Assembly (NCBI GenBank): GCA_024655865.1
Contig: JANLFM010000004.1
Span: forward strand, 19,040-83,039
DNA: 64,000 nt
From: Caldisericota bacterium
GTDB taxonomy: Bacteria > Caldisericota > JANLFM01
Direction of reading: 5' to 3'
The notes below the pieces were generated by a model. It was not told where the DNA came from, searched no databases, and saw only the letters and a list, made by a program, of their open reading frames with translations. How positions within the stretch are numbered: the first letter of the stretch is position 1; each line of letters starts with the position of its first letter. Positions 46,907 to 57,639 of this stretch are shown one piece after another. The translations under genes were made by a program, and so were the position numbers.

Positions 46907-48361
46907 CTATCCCTTTATCACCCCTAAGGGTTTCATTTTAGCCACCTTACGGGAAATTCCTGCGCCGGCTACTGCCTCCACTACCTGGGTAACGTCCTTG
47001 TAGGCGTCCGGGGCTTCCTCCACCAGGGTCTCTCTGCTCGCTGCCTGAACCAGAATTCCTCTTTTTTGGAGTTCAGCCACCAGTTCCTGCGGCTTGATCT
47101 CTCTTTTTGCCTCACTGCGGCTCTTCACCCTTCCGGCCCCGTGGCAGGTGGATCCAAAAGTCTCCTTCATGGCCAGATCCGTCCCTACAAGCACATAGGA
47201 GCACCTTCCCATATCGCCCGGTATCAGGACGGGTTGCCCCACTTTCCTGTAGCGCTCTGGAAGTTCAGGGTGTCCTGCGGGAAAAGCCCTGGTTGCTCCT
47301 TTGCGATGCACGCAGAGAGTCATCCTCTTCCCATCCACTTCGTGATCTTCGATTTTGGCCACGTTGTGTGCCACATCGTACACTACCTGGAGGCCCAGCT
47401 CGCGCTCGCTCAGCTTGAAGACAGAGGTCACCGCCTCCCTCACCCAGTGGGTGATCAACTGCCGGTTAGCCCAGGCAAAGTTTGTGGCCGCCCTCATAGC
47501 CTGGAGGTACGCCTGACCCTCGTCCGATTTCACAGGGGCACAGGCCAGTTGCCTATCTGGCAAAGATATGCCATATTTCTGCACCGCCTTCTGCATCACC
47601 TCGATGTAATCGGAACACACCTGGTGGCCCAATCCCCTGGAACCCGTATGGATCAAGATGGTGATCTGACCGACCTCCTTGATCCCGAACGCCTCAGCCA
47701 CTGATTGATCGTAGATTTCCACGACTTCCTGAACCTCAAGGAAGTGATTCCCGGCCCCTAAACTGCCGACCTGGGAATAGCCCCTTTCTTTGGCGCGATT
47801 GGAAACCCTTCCCGGGTCGGCTCCCTTCATTTCCCCGTAGGATTCAATCGCCTCCAGGTCCTCCTTATGGCCGTAACCCTTCTCCACTGCCCAGCGGGCG
47901 CCGTGGCGCAGAAGGTCGTCTATTTCTGCACGGGAAACCCTAATTTTACCCTCAGACCCAACTCCTGAGGGAACGTTTGAGGCGATCTTGGGCACCAGGC
48001 TCTCCAGCTTATTCAAAAGGTCCTTTTTATGCAAGGTAGTGGTGAGTAGACGCACACCACAGTTGATATCGTACCCCACCCCTCCCGGGGAGATCACCCC
48101 TTCCTCAACGTTGAAAGCTGCCACGCCTCCGATGGGAAAACCGTAACCCCAGTGAATGTCGGGCATGGCCAGCGAAGCCTTCACTATTCCCGGGAGGCAG
48201 GCCACATTAGCCACTTGCTCCGGTGCATCTTCGGAGAGGATATCGGGGAGCAGCGCCTCAGAAGCGTATATGATGCCGTCGACTCGCATCCCGGGCTTGT
48301 ATCCTTGTGGAATGCGGTACTTGTACTGATCTAATTTTTCTAGCTTTCCTTTCCAAGCCAT
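46907..48361 (-). CDS. rtcB: RNA-splicing ligase RtcB
   Basis: Has conserved His/Cys metal ligands, GAGR...H motifs and is 484 aa. Confidence 0.9.
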   Translation of the reverse strand: MAWKGKLEKLDQYKYRIPQGYKPGMRVDGIIYASEALLPDILSEDAPEQVANVACLPGIVKASLAMPDIHWGYGFPIGGVAAFNVEEGVISPGGVGYDINCGVRLLTTTLHKKDLLNKLESLVPKIASNVPSGVGSEGKIRVSRAEIDDLLRHGARWAVEKGYGHKEDLEAIESYGEMKGADPGRVSNRAKERGYSQVGSLGAGNHFLEVQEVVEIYDQSVAEAFGIKEVGQITILIHTGSRGLGHQVCSDYIEVMQKAVQKYGISLPDRQLACAPVKSDEGQAYLQAMRAATNFAWANRQLITHWVREAVTSVFKLSERELGLQVVYDVAHNVAKIEDHEVDGKRMTLCVHRKGATRAFPAGHPELPERYRKVGQPVLIPGDMGRCSYVLVGTDLAMKETFGSTCHGAGRVKSRSEAKREIKPQELVAELQKRGILVQAASRETLVEEAPDAYKDVTQVVEAVAGAGISRKVAKMKPLGVIKG

Positions 48362-48420
48362 TCAGATCTCCTCCCTTTATTCTAATGATAACCAATGCGA
48401 AAAAAAGTTAAAATATCCCC

Positions 48421-49734
48421 ATGGATCGGCGCAAGGTCCCGATAATAATTTTAGCGTCGCTTACCATAGTAGCGATCGGCGTCGCCTTTGTTCTCAGTTT
48501 CTGGGGCATAGGGTACGGCCTTCAACCCTTCCCTCTTCCCTCCCACGCAAAGGTGCTCTTTATCCTCCCCCACCCCGATGACGAGGTCATCACGGCAGGA
48601 GGGGTGATCTCTGAGCTGGCGAAGATGGACTGTGAATTGACTTTCGTGTATCTCACGAACGGCGAGAACTTTGAGTGGGCGGCGGAAGAAGAAGCCGATA
48701 CCCTCCTCCTCAGGCCTCAGGAATACCTGAAATTTGGCTACGAAAGACAAGTGGAAACGGAGAGGGCGCTCGAGGACCTGGGTTTGACCAACCCAAAATT
48801 AATTTTTTTGGGCTATCCGGACCGCAACCTGACCGCCCTTTTAAGGGAATACTGGTCCTCTCACAATCCCCTCTACAGCAAGCAGCTTAAAACAAATAAA
48901 ACCCCTTTTTTCAACTCCTTTAATCCCCAGGCTGTCTTTTCTGGAGAATGCTTGCTTCAGGACTTAAAAAGGGTGCTCGCGCAGGAACCCTGGGATGTGA
49001 TTTTCCTTCCCTCTCCCTACGATTCCCATCCGGATCACCGGGCGGCAGCGGCTTTTTCCCGGATGGCTCTCGAGGAAACGAGGGAGAATTCGGGGAACTC
49101 ACCCACCCTGGTCTCTTACCTCGTGCACCGCGGGAACTGGCCCGGTCAGAACGGCAAATCCCGATTCCCCCTTCTTCCCCCAAGCTCCATGAGAAATCAA
49201 GAGGAGCTCTGGACGAGTTTCCATCTTACCCCAGAAGCCCTGGTCAGAAAAGAAAGGGCTCTAAATCAGTACAAAAGTCAGCTCAGAATCTTATCAGGGT
49301 ACCTTTTTTCCTTCCTCCGGCCCAACGAGCTTTTCTCCCTGGATACCCCCTTGGTTCTCCAGAACGAGGTGACGGTGTGGGAACCAGCCGCGGATACTTT
49401 CTGGCGCACCGTCTTTAAAGGAGCGGACTTCAAATCCCTTTCCTTTTCCTGGGAGAATGGATTAAAGCTTAAAATTGAGACCTCGGGTTCTTTTCCCAAG
49501 ACCTTCGATCTGGAAATACACGTTCTTTCTCTTAAAAATGGTGCCTGGAGCCCGGTGTTCGTCAAAGATGCCTTCCGCAATTTGAAAGAGTTGAAGGGAA
49601 CGATAGAACGGTCAGGCAAAACGATAGAGGCCTTTATTCCCATGGAAAGGCCGCAGGCTTTTGTCCTGGCGCTCTCCTCAAGATATTGGGTGAATATCGA
49701 CCGCAGTGCTTACTGGCTGATCAAGCTCCCTTAG
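48421..49734 (+). CDS. Membrane-anchored PIG-L/LmbE-family deacetylase with a C-terminal domain of unknown function
   Basis: An N-terminal TM segment is followed by the LFILPHPDDEVI motif. Confidence 0.7.
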   Translation: MDRRKVPIIILASLTIVAIGVAFVLSFWGIGYGLQPFPLPSHAKVLFILPHPDDEVITAGGVISELAKMDCELTFVYLTNGENFEWAAEEEADTLLLRPQEYLKFGYERQVETERALEDLGLTNPKLIFLGYPDRNLTALLREYWSSHNPLYSKQLKTNKTPFFNSFNPQAVFSGECLLQDLKRVLAQEPWDVIFLPSPYDSHPDHRAAAAFSRMALEETRENSGNSPTLVSYLVHRGNWPGQNGKSRFPLLPPSSMRNQEELWTSFHLTPEALVRKERALNQYKSQLRILSGYLFSFLRPNELFSLDTPLVLQNEVTVWEPAADTFWRTVFKGADFKSLSFSWENGLKLKIETSGSFPKTFDLEIHVLSLKNGAWSPVFVKDAFRNLKELKGTIERSGKTIEAFIPMERPQAFVLALSSRYWVNIDRSAYWLIKLP

Positions 49735-50626
49735 CGCCGTGCCTTCTTGCCCAGGAGGGAAGCACTCCGGTTTCATCCTCCAGGAAACAGGCAAAGCCCA
49801 AAAGGCCAGGACCGGTATGAGTGCTGAGTACTGGTCCCAGGCCAGAAATGAAGGCCTCCTCCGGTTTGAGCTTTTGCCTTAAATTTTCTAAGACCTCCCT
49901 GGCCTCCTCCAGAGCCTCCGTCTGGTGGATGGCTATTCTCATCCTGGCTTGCGGATATTCATTTCTGATTTCCTCGAGAATGGCGATCATCCTCGCTCGG
50001 GCTGCAGCTTGAGTGCGCACCTTTTCCAAAACCTCGATTTTCCCCTCTTCTAAAAAGAGAATTGGTTTGATTTTGAGCAAAGTGCCGAGCAGTGCTTGCG
50101 CGCCGCCGATCCTTCCTCCTTTGTGTAAGTACTCCAGGGTGTCCACGACGAAGATCACCGTTATCCCCTCCCGCACTGCATTTACTCGAGCCAGCACCTC
50201 CTCTTTGCTCGCCCCTCCTCTGACCGCCTTCAGGGCTTCCAGCACCATAAAGCCCAGGCCCATCCCCGTAAAGAGGGAGTCTACAACTTCAATTTCCCCT
50301 CCTACAATTTTCGCCGCCTGCTGAGCTGAGTCTACAGTGCCCGAAAGCTTAGAGGAAATATGAAGGGAAATTATTGCGGAGCCCTCCTCGACGAGGGGTC
50401 TATAGACTTCCAGAAAATCCCCCACAGAGGGCTGGGAGGAGGTGGGTAGCGTCTTAGATTTTTTCAGCATGGAGAAAAAATCCTCTGTCTTAAGGTTCAC
50501 CCCTTCCCGATAACTTTTTTCCCCGAAGCTCACGTAAAGGGGAACAATGACCAGCTCTGGATACTCCTGGAGTACCTCCGGAGGCAGGTAGCAGGTTGAA
50601 TCGGTAACTATTCTTATTTTGCTCAT
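49721..50626 (-). CDS. DegV-family fatty-acid-binding protein
   Basis: Carries IRIVTDSTCYLP and a DegV fold, ~300 aa. Confidence 0.8.
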   Translation of the reverse strand: MSKIRIVTDSTCYLPPEVLQEYPELVIVPLYVSFGEKSYREGVNLKTEDFFSMLKKSKTLPTSSQPSVGDFLEVYRPLVEEGSAIISLHISSKLSGTVDSAQQAAKIVGGEIEVVDSLFTGMGLGFMVLEALKAVRGGASKEEVLARVNAVREGITVIFVVDTLEYLHKGGRIGGAQALLGTLLKIKPILFLEEGKIEVLEKVRTQAAARARMIAILEEIRNEYPQARMRIAIHQTEALEEAREVLENLRQKLKPEEAFISGLGPVLSTHTGPGLLGFACFLEDETGVLPSWARRHGAKGA

Positions 50627-51674
50627 CCTTCATCCCTCTTTCTTCCCCCTCATGGGGTCAGGTCTTGCAATCCAACAATTCTTAAATGTATTAATATTAA
50701 ATGCTAAAAGAGTTTTAAATTTGACGACGGGAAAAATAACAAAGTTCCTGGTGGCTCTTTGGGATAAGGTGAAAAAGTTTAAATTACGAACTCAGGAGTA
50801 TTTCGTCATTATTGGGGGCGTGTTAATTCTGGCCCTCATCCTCTACTTTGTTTTCCACTCTCGCTCTTCTCCCCTTCGGGGCTTTGATTTAAGCCAGGTA
50901 ATTGGCGCCGGGCATTTGAAAAATTCTTCAAGCCCAACCTCGAGCTCCCCACCCCCTACCTTTTCCTCTTCCAGGCCGGAGGCTCCATTAATAGCTTTGG
51001 TGCTCGACGACAACGGCTACAACCTGGAGCAATCGCGAACCTTCATCGCCCTCCCCGTTCCCCTCACGCTTTCCGTCCTGCCCTCCCTCAAGTATTCCAG
51101 GGAAGTGGCACAGGAAGCTCTTGCTAAGGGTAAAGAAGTTATTTTGCATTGTCCCATGGAGTCTCATAAGGGAAACAACTGGTTGGGTCCGGGAGCGATT
51201 TTCACCACAATGAGCGATGAGGAAATTAAAAAACAGATCGAGGCCGACCTTTACGATGTTCCCGGGGCCACGGGAGTTAATAATCACATGGGCACAAAGG
51301 CTACCGAGGACTCGAGGGTGATGAGGGCGCTCCTCTCATATCTCAAAGAGAGAGGGCTTTTTTTCCTGGACTCCAGGGTGACTTCTGGCTCAAAAGCGCG
51401 GGAAATCGGCCTGGAACTGGGAGTTCCCGTTCTGGAAAATGACCTTTCATTAGATCACGATCCAGACCCCCAGGCGATCAGGGAAAAGATGAAAAGGCTG
51501 GGAGAGATCGCCCGGAAAAGAGGGGTAGCCATCGGCATAGCCCACGTCTATACCCGGGACATCCTCCCCCTTCTTTCGGAAGGAATAGGTTACTGGGAAG
51601 AGGAGGGCTTTCAGATGGTGCGCCTTTCCGAAATTATCCCCTATTGGGCGCCTTCACCGGGAGGGAAGCCTTGA
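50619..51674 (+). CDS. Divergent polysaccharide deacetylase family protein (YibQ-like) with N-terminal TM anchor; start probably ~50730
   Basis: Core region GATGVNNHMGTKATED...LFFLDSRVT. Confidence 0.65.
   Translation: MLILHPSFFPLMGSGLAIQQFLNVLILNAKRVLNLTTGKITKFLVALWDKVKKFKLRTQEYFVIIGGVLILALILYFVFHSRSSPLRGFDLSQVIGAGHLKNSSSPTSSSPPPTFSSSRPEAPLIALVLDDNGYNLEQSRTFIALPVPLTLSVLPSLKYSREVAQEALAKGKEVILHCPMESHKGNNWLGPGAIFTTMSDEEIKKQIEADLYDVPGATGVNNHMGTKATEDSRVMRALLSYLKERGLFFLDSRVTSGSKAREIGLELGVPVLENDLSLDHDPDPQAIREKMKRLGEIARKRGVAIGIAHVYTRDILPLLSEGIGYWEEEGFQMVRLSEIIPYWAPSPGGKP
50644..50669 (+). repeat. Solo REP copy
   Basis: Exact 26-mer read directly. It lies inside the annotated 5' end of ORF 50619, so that ORF's true start is probably downstream. 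Confidence 0.7.
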
Positions 51675-52276
51675 ACGATCCCACGCTTCTCATTGAGGAG
51701 CTCCTAAAGAAGATCCGTTCCTGTCGCGCCTGCCAAGAAAAGGGGTATATTCCGGAAGCCAGACCCGTCTTCTCCCCGGTCTACCCCTCTTCCTGGATGC
51801 TCATCGGACAGGCCCCGGGGAAGGTGGAGCAGGAATCCGGGCTTCCCTTTATGGGACGGGCGGGAAGAAATCTTTTCCGCTGGTTCAAAGAGATCGGATG
51901 GGAGGAAAGGGGCTTTCGGAGGTCCGTTTACATGACCTCGGTCACAAGGTGCTGGCCGGGGAAGCAAGCGCGAACGAGTGGAGACAGGGCGCCTTCCCGA
52001 AAGGAGATCGACCTCTGCCTCCCGTTCCTCATGGAGGAAATAGAACTGGTCTCACCCAGAGTGGTGATCCTTGTGGGGAAGCTGGCCGTGAAAGTGTTCC
52101 TGAATATTGATAAACTGGAAGATGCGGTGGGGAAAAAATTCCAGCAAAAGGGCAGGATCTGGATTCCTCTTCCCCACCCTTCCGGGGCGAGCAGGTGGTT
52201 GAATCCCGAGGAAAATAAGGCCCGACTCCGGGAGGCTTTGAGAATTATAAAGGAGCTCAGGGATGCTGGAAATTGA
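51644..52276 (+). CDS. Uracil-DNA glycosylase superfamily protein (family 4/5-like)
   Basis: Carries GQAPG...GLPFMGRAGRNL and the C-terminal HPS motif. Confidence 0.7.
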   Translation: MGAFTGREALNDPTLLIEELLKKIRSCRACQEKGYIPEARPVFSPVYPSSWMLIGQAPGKVEQESGLPFMGRAGRNLFRWFKEIGWEERGFRRSVYMTSVTRCWPGKQARTSGDRAPSRKEIDLCLPFLMEEIELVSPRVVILVGKLAVKVFLNIDKLEDAVGKKFQQKGRIWIPLPHPSGASRWLNPEENKARLREALRIIKELRDAGN

Positions 52277-52805
52277 TGATTCCGGATGGGGTTGCCCCGT
52301 GGGCGGGGTTTTGATCGGAGTGCTCCGCAGGGAAACCGAGGAATACCTGACAGGCATCATTCCTGTCTCTTACTTCCAGGAGGAGTTCAAGAAGGGATCA
52401 TACCTTCTGAAGGCTCGTAGCCTTACTAAAAACCTGATGGGGATGCTTAAGGTCGGGCCGAGGGAGCAGATTATCGTTTGCCCCGGCCCCCTTTTCCGGG
52501 AGTTTCGGACCTTCCTTTATGAAAAGGGATTCAACTTCCAGGTGCGCACGATCGGGGACCCCTTGCAGTCTCTCCTTCAAAAATCCTTTGCCCAATATCT
52601 GAATAGCCTGGGAGTTCCTCCCGAAGTTCTCGCACAGGGATCCACTCATCCCTCAAAAAGGTTCCGCGCGCTACTTAAATGGGTAGCGGAAAACTACAAT
52701 GAGCGTATCAGGCTCTGCAAAACTGGATGGTCCTCCTGGGAAAAATGGGAGGAGCTCATCCTTAAGGAGATCCACTCCTCAAACGAGGAGTCCTATTTCA
52801 CATGA
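52263..52805 (+). CDS. Hypothetical protein, possibly DUF99/UPF0215-like (endonuclease-V-related fold)
   Basis: The N-terminal IDDSG...GGVLIGVL resembles DUF99. Assignment is weak. Confidence 0.3.
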   Translation: MLEIDDSGWGCPVGGVLIGVLRRETEEYLTGIIPVSYFQEEFKKGSYLLKARSLTKNLMGMLKVGPREQIIVCPGPLFREFRTFLYEKGFNFQVRTIGDPLQSLLQKSFAQYLNSLGVPPEVLAQGSTHPSKRFRALLKWVAENYNERIRLCKTGWSSWEKWEELILKEIHSSNEESYFT

Positions 52806-53064
52806 CCATGCAGGTCATGGTGGCAACCACGCCCTCAATCTGGTGAATCTTGGAGGTAATCAAATTGGACATCACCGAGGGATCCTCTGTCTCCACCACC
52901 GCAATCACATCGTAGGGACCGGTCACCACATCAGCCACTTTCACCTCGGGCAGGGCCAGAAGCTCCTTCTGCACATGAGGAATAGAACCCACTTCCGCAT
53001 CAATAAGAACGTATGCCTTCATTTCTTTCCCTCCTTTTCCTCTATTGTAAAGGCAAGGAAGCAA
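52798..53064 (-). CDS. Stand-alone Lrp/AsnC C-terminal (RAM) ligand-binding domain protein
   Basis: About 75 aa, with the MKAYVLI...YDVIAVVE pattern. Confidence 0.55.
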   Translation of the reverse strand: MLPCLYNRGKGGKEMKAYVLIDAEVGSIPHVQKELLALPEVKVADVVTGPYDVIAVVETEDPSVMSNLITSKIHQIEGVVATMTCMVM

Positions 53065-53074
53065 TTCCTACAAG

Positions 53075-54367
53075 TCAAGGGGTCAAACGATTTATATCAC
53101 GGGGAAAGAGGCAGGCTTGCCTGATGTTTTCGAGATCCAGAAGCCTTGCTGTAATTCGTTCCGCACCGATAGCCAGCCCACCGTGGGGAGGCATTCCGTA
53201 CTTGAAGGGTTCCAGGTAAAAATCAAAGCTCTCCGGATCGAGTCCAAATTTTTTGATATTCTGGACGAGCAGTCCGTAGTCATGAATTCGCTGGCCTCCA
53301 GTGGTGACCTCCATTCCCCGAAAGAGGAGGTCAAAGCTCCTCGTGATTGAGGGATTATCCTTATCGGGCATGGCGTACATTGGGCGCAAGGAGACCGGGT
53401 AACTGGTGACGAAGAGGAACTCGGAGTTCAGCTCCGACAGGGCGAACTCGCTGAGTAACTTTTCCGCTTCTGGATCGAGGTCGTCCTCTTCCTCCAGGTG
53501 CTTCCCGTATTTTTTCCTCAAGACCTCCTTGGCCTCAGAGAGGGTGAGCTGGGGGATGCTCTCCTGCGGCTCGGGAATCTTCGCTTGGAGCAGTCTAATC
53601 TCCCGGGAGCAGTTTTCCCTGATTCGGGAAAGAGCGTAAGCCAGAAGACGCATCTCCAATTCCATGACGTCCTGCTCGTCCTTGATGAAACCCATCTCGT
53701 AATCTAAACTAAGGTACTCGTTGATGTGTCGGGAGGTAGCGTGAGGTTCCGCCCTGTAAACGTGACCCACCTCGAAAACTCGTCCAAAAACCCCAACCAT
53801 CATTTGTTTGTAAAATTGCGGGCTCTGAGCCAGATAGGCTTTTTTCCCCATGTAATCGATGGGGAAAAGGGAGGCTCCTCCCTCAGTACCGGTGGCCACA
53901 ATCTTGGGGGAGAAGATCTCAGTGAAGCCCTCCCCGCGCAGGAAGTCACGGAAGGAACTCACGAATTCAGCCTCTATTCTGAAAATGGCCCTTTGTCTGG
54001 GATGGCGCAAGCTGAGGGGGCGATGATCAAGGATCAAACTCAAGCTGACCTCCAGTTCCTTCTTGTTCAGCTCGAAGGGCGGCAATTCCAGGGCTTTTGA
54101 GAGCAATTCCACTGATTGGGCGTGGACCTCAAGGCCCAAGGGAGCCCTAGGCTCGCTTACCACCTGTCCCTGGATGCGCACCGCGCTCTCTACGGGAAGG
54201 TCCCTCACGGTTTCCGCTTCGGGGATAACGACCTGCACGACGTCCCAGGGGTCACGCAGGAGAAGGAAAGCGAATGCGCCCATATCCCTGATCCTGTGCA
54301 CCCACCCCGTAAGGATCACTGTCTCTCCGACGAATTTTTCCAGGTAGCGGGAGTCCGCCTGCTTCAT
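53075..54367 (-). CDS. aspS: Aspartyl-tRNA synthetase, archaeal/eukaryal type
   Basis: An OB-fold N-terminus plus class II core, 430 aa. Confidence 0.85.
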   Translation of the reverse strand: MKQADSRYLEKFVGETVILTGWVHRIRDMGAFAFLLLRDPWDVVQVVIPEAETVRDLPVESAVRIQGQVVSEPRAPLGLEVHAQSVELLSKALELPPFELNKKELEVSLSLILDHRPLSLRHPRQRAIFRIEAEFVSSFRDFLRGEGFTEIFSPKIVATGTEGGASLFPIDYMGKKAYLAQSPQFYKQMMVGVFGRVFEVGHVYRAEPHATSRHINEYLSLDYEMGFIKDEQDVMELEMRLLAYALSRIRENCSREIRLLQAKIPEPQESIPQLTLSEAKEVLRKKYGKHLEEEDDLDPEAEKLLSEFALSELNSEFLFVTSYPVSLRPMYAMPDKDNPSITRSFDLLFRGMEVTTGGQRIHDYGLLVQNIKKFGLDPESFDFYLEPFKYGMPPHGGLAIGAERITARLLDLENIRQACLFPRDINRLTP

Positions 54368-55560
54368 AGACCTCTTACCTCTTTCAGGAGCTCATCCACC
54401 CTGTCAGTTCGTTCCCAAGGGAAAAGCACGTCCTGCCGACCAAAGTGTCCGTATGCGGCGGTTTTCCGGTAAATAGGTTTCAAAAGGTCCAGTTGATCAA
54501 TAATCGCTTTGGGGCGGAGGTCAAAGACCTTGAGGATCGCTTTCTGAATTTTATCCTCAGGGACCTTTGCCGTGCCGAAGCTATCGGTGAACACCGAGAC
54601 CGGCCTGGCCACGCCAATGGCGTAAGAGACCTGGATTTCAAAGACGTCCGCCAGACCCGCGGCAACCACATTTTTAGCAATGTAGCGGGCCATATAGGCT
54701 CCAGAGCGATCGACCTTTGTGGGGTCCTTTCCCGAGAAGCACCCTCCTCCGTGAGCCCCCTTTCCGCCATAGGTATCCTGGATAATTTTTCTCCCCGTGA
54801 GCCCCACATCGGCCACAGGCCCTCCAGTTACAAATCTTCCCGTGGGGTTGACATAAATTATCGTTTGCTCATCTAACAGCTCCGGAGGAATTACGCGCTT
54901 AATCACCTTTTCCCTTATATCTTCGTCTATGCGTTCTCGAGTGATCTCCTCGTTGTGTTGTGTGGATACGATGATTGTGTGCACTCTATAAGGGACATTT
55001 TTTCTGTATTCCACAGTCACCTGGGTCTTTCCGTCAGGCCTCAAGTAGGGAAGCCTGCCGCTTTTTCTTTCCTCAGCAAGGGCGAAGGAAAGGCGATGTG
55101 CCAGGAATATAGGCATGGGCATTAGTGCCGGGGTTTCATTGCAGGCATAGCCCACCACCATCCCGGAATCCCCGGCCCCGATCTCGTCATAATGGTCCTG
55201 AGCGATCCCCAGTCTCACTTCCTGAGATTTGTCCACCCCCATAGCGATGTCGGGGGATTGTTTGTCCAGGGAAATCAAGACGGCGCAGGTGGAGGCATCA
55301 AAACCCAGGTCCGGGGAATTATACCCAATCTCTCTGACCGTTCTCCTGACTACTTCAGGGTAATCCACCATGGCCGTGGTCGTAATTTCCCCGGCTACAA
55401 ACACTAAACCGGTAGAAACCATGACCTCACAGGCGACCCTGGCTTTAGGGTCCTGAATCAATATCTCGTCCAGAATAGCGTCGGAAATCTGGTCCGCTAT
55501 CTTATCTGGATGTCCCTCAGTCACAGATTCGGAGGTAAACAAATATTTCTCCTGATTCAT
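54364..55560 (-). CDS. metK: S-adenosylmethionine synthetase
   Basis: Carries [13 protein letters not shown] and GGGAFSGKD. Confidence 0.95.
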   Translation of the reverse strand: MNQEKYLFTSESVTEGHPDKIADQISDAILDEILIQDPKARVACEVMVSTGLVFVAGEITTTAMVDYPEVVRRTVREIGYNSPDLGFDASTCAVLISLDKQSPDIAMGVDKSQEVRLGIAQDHYDEIGAGDSGMVVGYACNETPALMPMPIFLAHRLSFALAEERKSGRLPYLRPDGKTQVTVEYRKNVPYRVHTIIVSTQHNEEITRERIDEDIREKVIKRVIPPELLDEQTIIYVNPTGRFVTGGPVADVGLTGRKIIQDTYGGKGAHGGGCFSGKDPTKVDRSGAYMARYIAKNVVAAGLADVFEIQVSYAIGVARPVSVFTDSFGTAKVPEDKIQKAILKVFDLRPKAIIDQLDLLKPIYRKTAAYGHFGRQDVLFPWERTDRVDELLKEVRGL

Positions 55561-55635
55561 ACTTGGCCTCCTTAAAAGATTCCCATAAATTAGCGCAAAA
55601 TTGTCGCTATGACAAGGGGGAAGCGCCCAATCCTG

Positions 55636-56277
55636 TCAGATGGAGATCCGTCCCCAGATCCTGTTCAAGCTGTCCAGAGTAGCTTTGACTACAGCTTCCA
55701 GATAGTTGTTCTTCACAAAGGCCGAACCGGTCAGGGTTTGCTCTCCGTATGAGGAACAGACGCTAACGCAGACCACAATCAACGCTCTATCCTGTATGGT
55801 GAGTTCCTGGCACCCTAAGAGGGAAAGGCTGAATGATTCCTTGAGAAAGCCCTCTAAGGCCCTCAGCGTGGCCTGGGAAATGAGCATGCGCACGAAGGCT
55901 GCCGTGTTTGGGCCCGAGGCCTCTCCCCAAAAATGATCGCCTCTCCAGGAAAGACAAACCCTCACCTGGGCGTGATCTGCAGAGGTCTCAAAAGAAACTT
56001 TGTCCACCTTGGGCCTACCCCAGCTCTGAGCGAGGTCTCGGGAATTCCAAACGGCGATGTTAATTACTGCGGGATCAAGGTCGTCACCCATGAGTTCTGA
56101 TACGAGCTGAGAGATCTCTCTCCTCCATTGAGAATAATTGCGGGAATTATCTACGATGAGGTTCAGCGCCTCAAGCTTGTTTTCTGTTCCAAATTTGGAG
56201 GATACGGCCAGGATTCCTTCGATGCTCCTCAGCTTTTCCTCCAAGATTTGCTTTATTTCCATGCTTTCCCGGCCCAT
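55636..56277 (-). CDS. Hypothetical protein
   Basis: Long ORF. I recognise no family. Confidence 0.4.
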   Translation of the reverse strand: MGRESMEIKQILEEKLRSIEGILAVSSKFGTENKLEALNLIVDNSRNYSQWRREISQLVSELMGDDLDPAVINIAVWNSRDLAQSWGRPKVDKVSFETSADHAQVRVCLSWRGDHFWGEASGPNTAAFVRMLISQATLRALEGFLKESFSLSLLGCQELTIQDRALIVVCVSVCSSYGEQTLTGSAFVKNNYLEAVVKATLDSLNRIWGRISI

Positions 56278-56367
56278 AATTTTAAATATTATACCATAAA
56301 TCCCACCCCCTCTGAGCTCTGAGGGTCAGGTCTTGCAATCCAACAATGAAGAGGATAAACTTTAACC

Positions 56368-57210
56368 ATGGCCAGACCACTGAGAATCGAATATCCCGGA
56401 GCTGTATACCACGTCACCTCTCGGGGTAACGCCCGCCAGGATATATTCCTGGACTCAAAGGATCGAGAACTTTTCCTCAAAACGCTCGCCGAGGTTGTCG
56501 ATGAGTTTAACTGGCTCTGTCACGCCTATTGCCTCATGGATAACCACTACCATCTCCTTCTGGAAACTCCGGACGCCAATCTCTCCCGGGGCATGCGCCA
56601 GTTGAACGGGGTTTACACTCAAATATTCAACCGCAGGCATAATACTTTTGGCCATCTCTTTCAGGGCCGCTACAAGGCAATCCTGGTAGAAAAGGAACGC
56701 TACCTCCTGGCGCTCTGTCGGTACATTGTCCTCAACCCCGTGCGCTCCGGAAAAGCGAAAGAGGTTCAAGATTGGGCCTGGAGCAGCTATCAAGCCACGG
56801 CCGGCCTCGCTCCGCCCCCTCCATTCCTTGTTACCGATTGGATTTTGGGGCAATTTGCACCCGAGAAGAATAAGGCCCAGGCACTCTATCGCCAGTTTGT
56901 AAATTCCTGGCCGGGCACCTCTCCCTGGGATGATCTCCGCGGACAGATTTATTTGGGGAGCGAGAGGTTCATTAAGGATCTTGCCAATGGGAATGCCCTT
57001 GCCAAAGGAAATGCCCTTACTGAGGTTCCCCGCTTCCAGAGGAACGTGAACCGGCTCGGGCTCGAGGAAATTTTTGCAGGACGACCCCAGGAGGAGGCGA
57101 TTGCCCTGGCTTATCGGGAACATGGCTACACGATGAAGGAGATCGCCGCATACTTGGGAGTTCATTACGCTACTGTCAGCAGGCGCTTACGGCGCTCCCG
57201 CCCCCTGTAG
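56368..57210 (+). CDS. tnpA: RAYT / IS200-like Y1 HuH transposase with C-terminal HTH
   Basis: Carries the HuH motif NHYHLLLE, the catalytic Tyr motif RYIVLNP, an N-terminal YHVTSRGN and the C-terminal HTH EIAAYLGVHYATVSRRL. Confidence 0.8.
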   Translation: MARPLRIEYPGAVYHVTSRGNARQDIFLDSKDRELFLKTLAEVVDEFNWLCHAYCLMDNHYHLLLETPDANLSRGMRQLNGVYTQIFNRRHNTFGHLFQGRYKAILVEKERYLLALCRYIVLNPVRSGKAKEVQDWAWSSYQATAGLAPPPPFLVTDWILGQFAPEKNKAQALYRQFVNSWPGTSPWDDLRGQIYLGSERFIKDLANGNALAKGNALTEVPRFQRNVNRLGLEEIFAGRPQEEAIALAYREHGYTMKEIAAYLGVHYATVSRRLRRSRPL

Positions 57211-57239
57211 GATATTGGATTTTCGATACAGTTCTTATC

Positions 57240-57540
57240 CTGACTGCCTTTAAAGAGGAGGGACCGAAGGGAACACGACTTTGTAAGCGGTATGGGCGCC
57301 TCTGTCAGGAGCGACTTTGTAAACGAAATGGCTCGACTTTGTCGGTGGCGTGACTCGCTTTTGTAAGCAGCACGGGCACCCTTTTTCGGTGTAATGACCC
57401 CCCTTTGTCGGTGGCGTGACTCGCTTTTGTAAGTGGCACGGGCGCCTCTGTCAGGGAAAACGCTCGGCCTTCTCGTCTCTGTCAGTGGCATGACCCCCTT
57501 ATCAGCGGCCTGACCGGCGAAGAGAGGCTTATGGAGAGCC
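57240..57540. repeat. Complex tandem repeats (units ~45-65 bp; CTTTGTCGGTGGCGTGACTCGCTTTTGTAAG x2, TTTGTAAGnGGCACGGGCGCCTCTGTCAG x3)
   Basis: Read directly. Overlapping minus-strand ORFs translate as repeated peptides (SESRHRQ) and are likely spurious. Confidence 0.6.
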
Positions 57541-57639
57541 AATCCTAGCCTTCTCTTCCTATCCCACAGTTTCCTCAGGCGGCTGATTTTGGGCCGGTTC
57601 TGGTTATATCCACCTGGCCTGTTCGGCTCCTTGCAGAAA

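Noticed and set aside
47066-47704. 212-aa plus-strand ORF inside rtcB
   Set aside because: It is antisense to a gene with a clear RtcB signature.
57240-57540. Possible CRISPR array
   Set aside because: Repeat units differ in length and sequence and there are no uniform unique spacers. The array sits inside a RAYT element, so it is tandem-repeat DNA rather than CRISPR.
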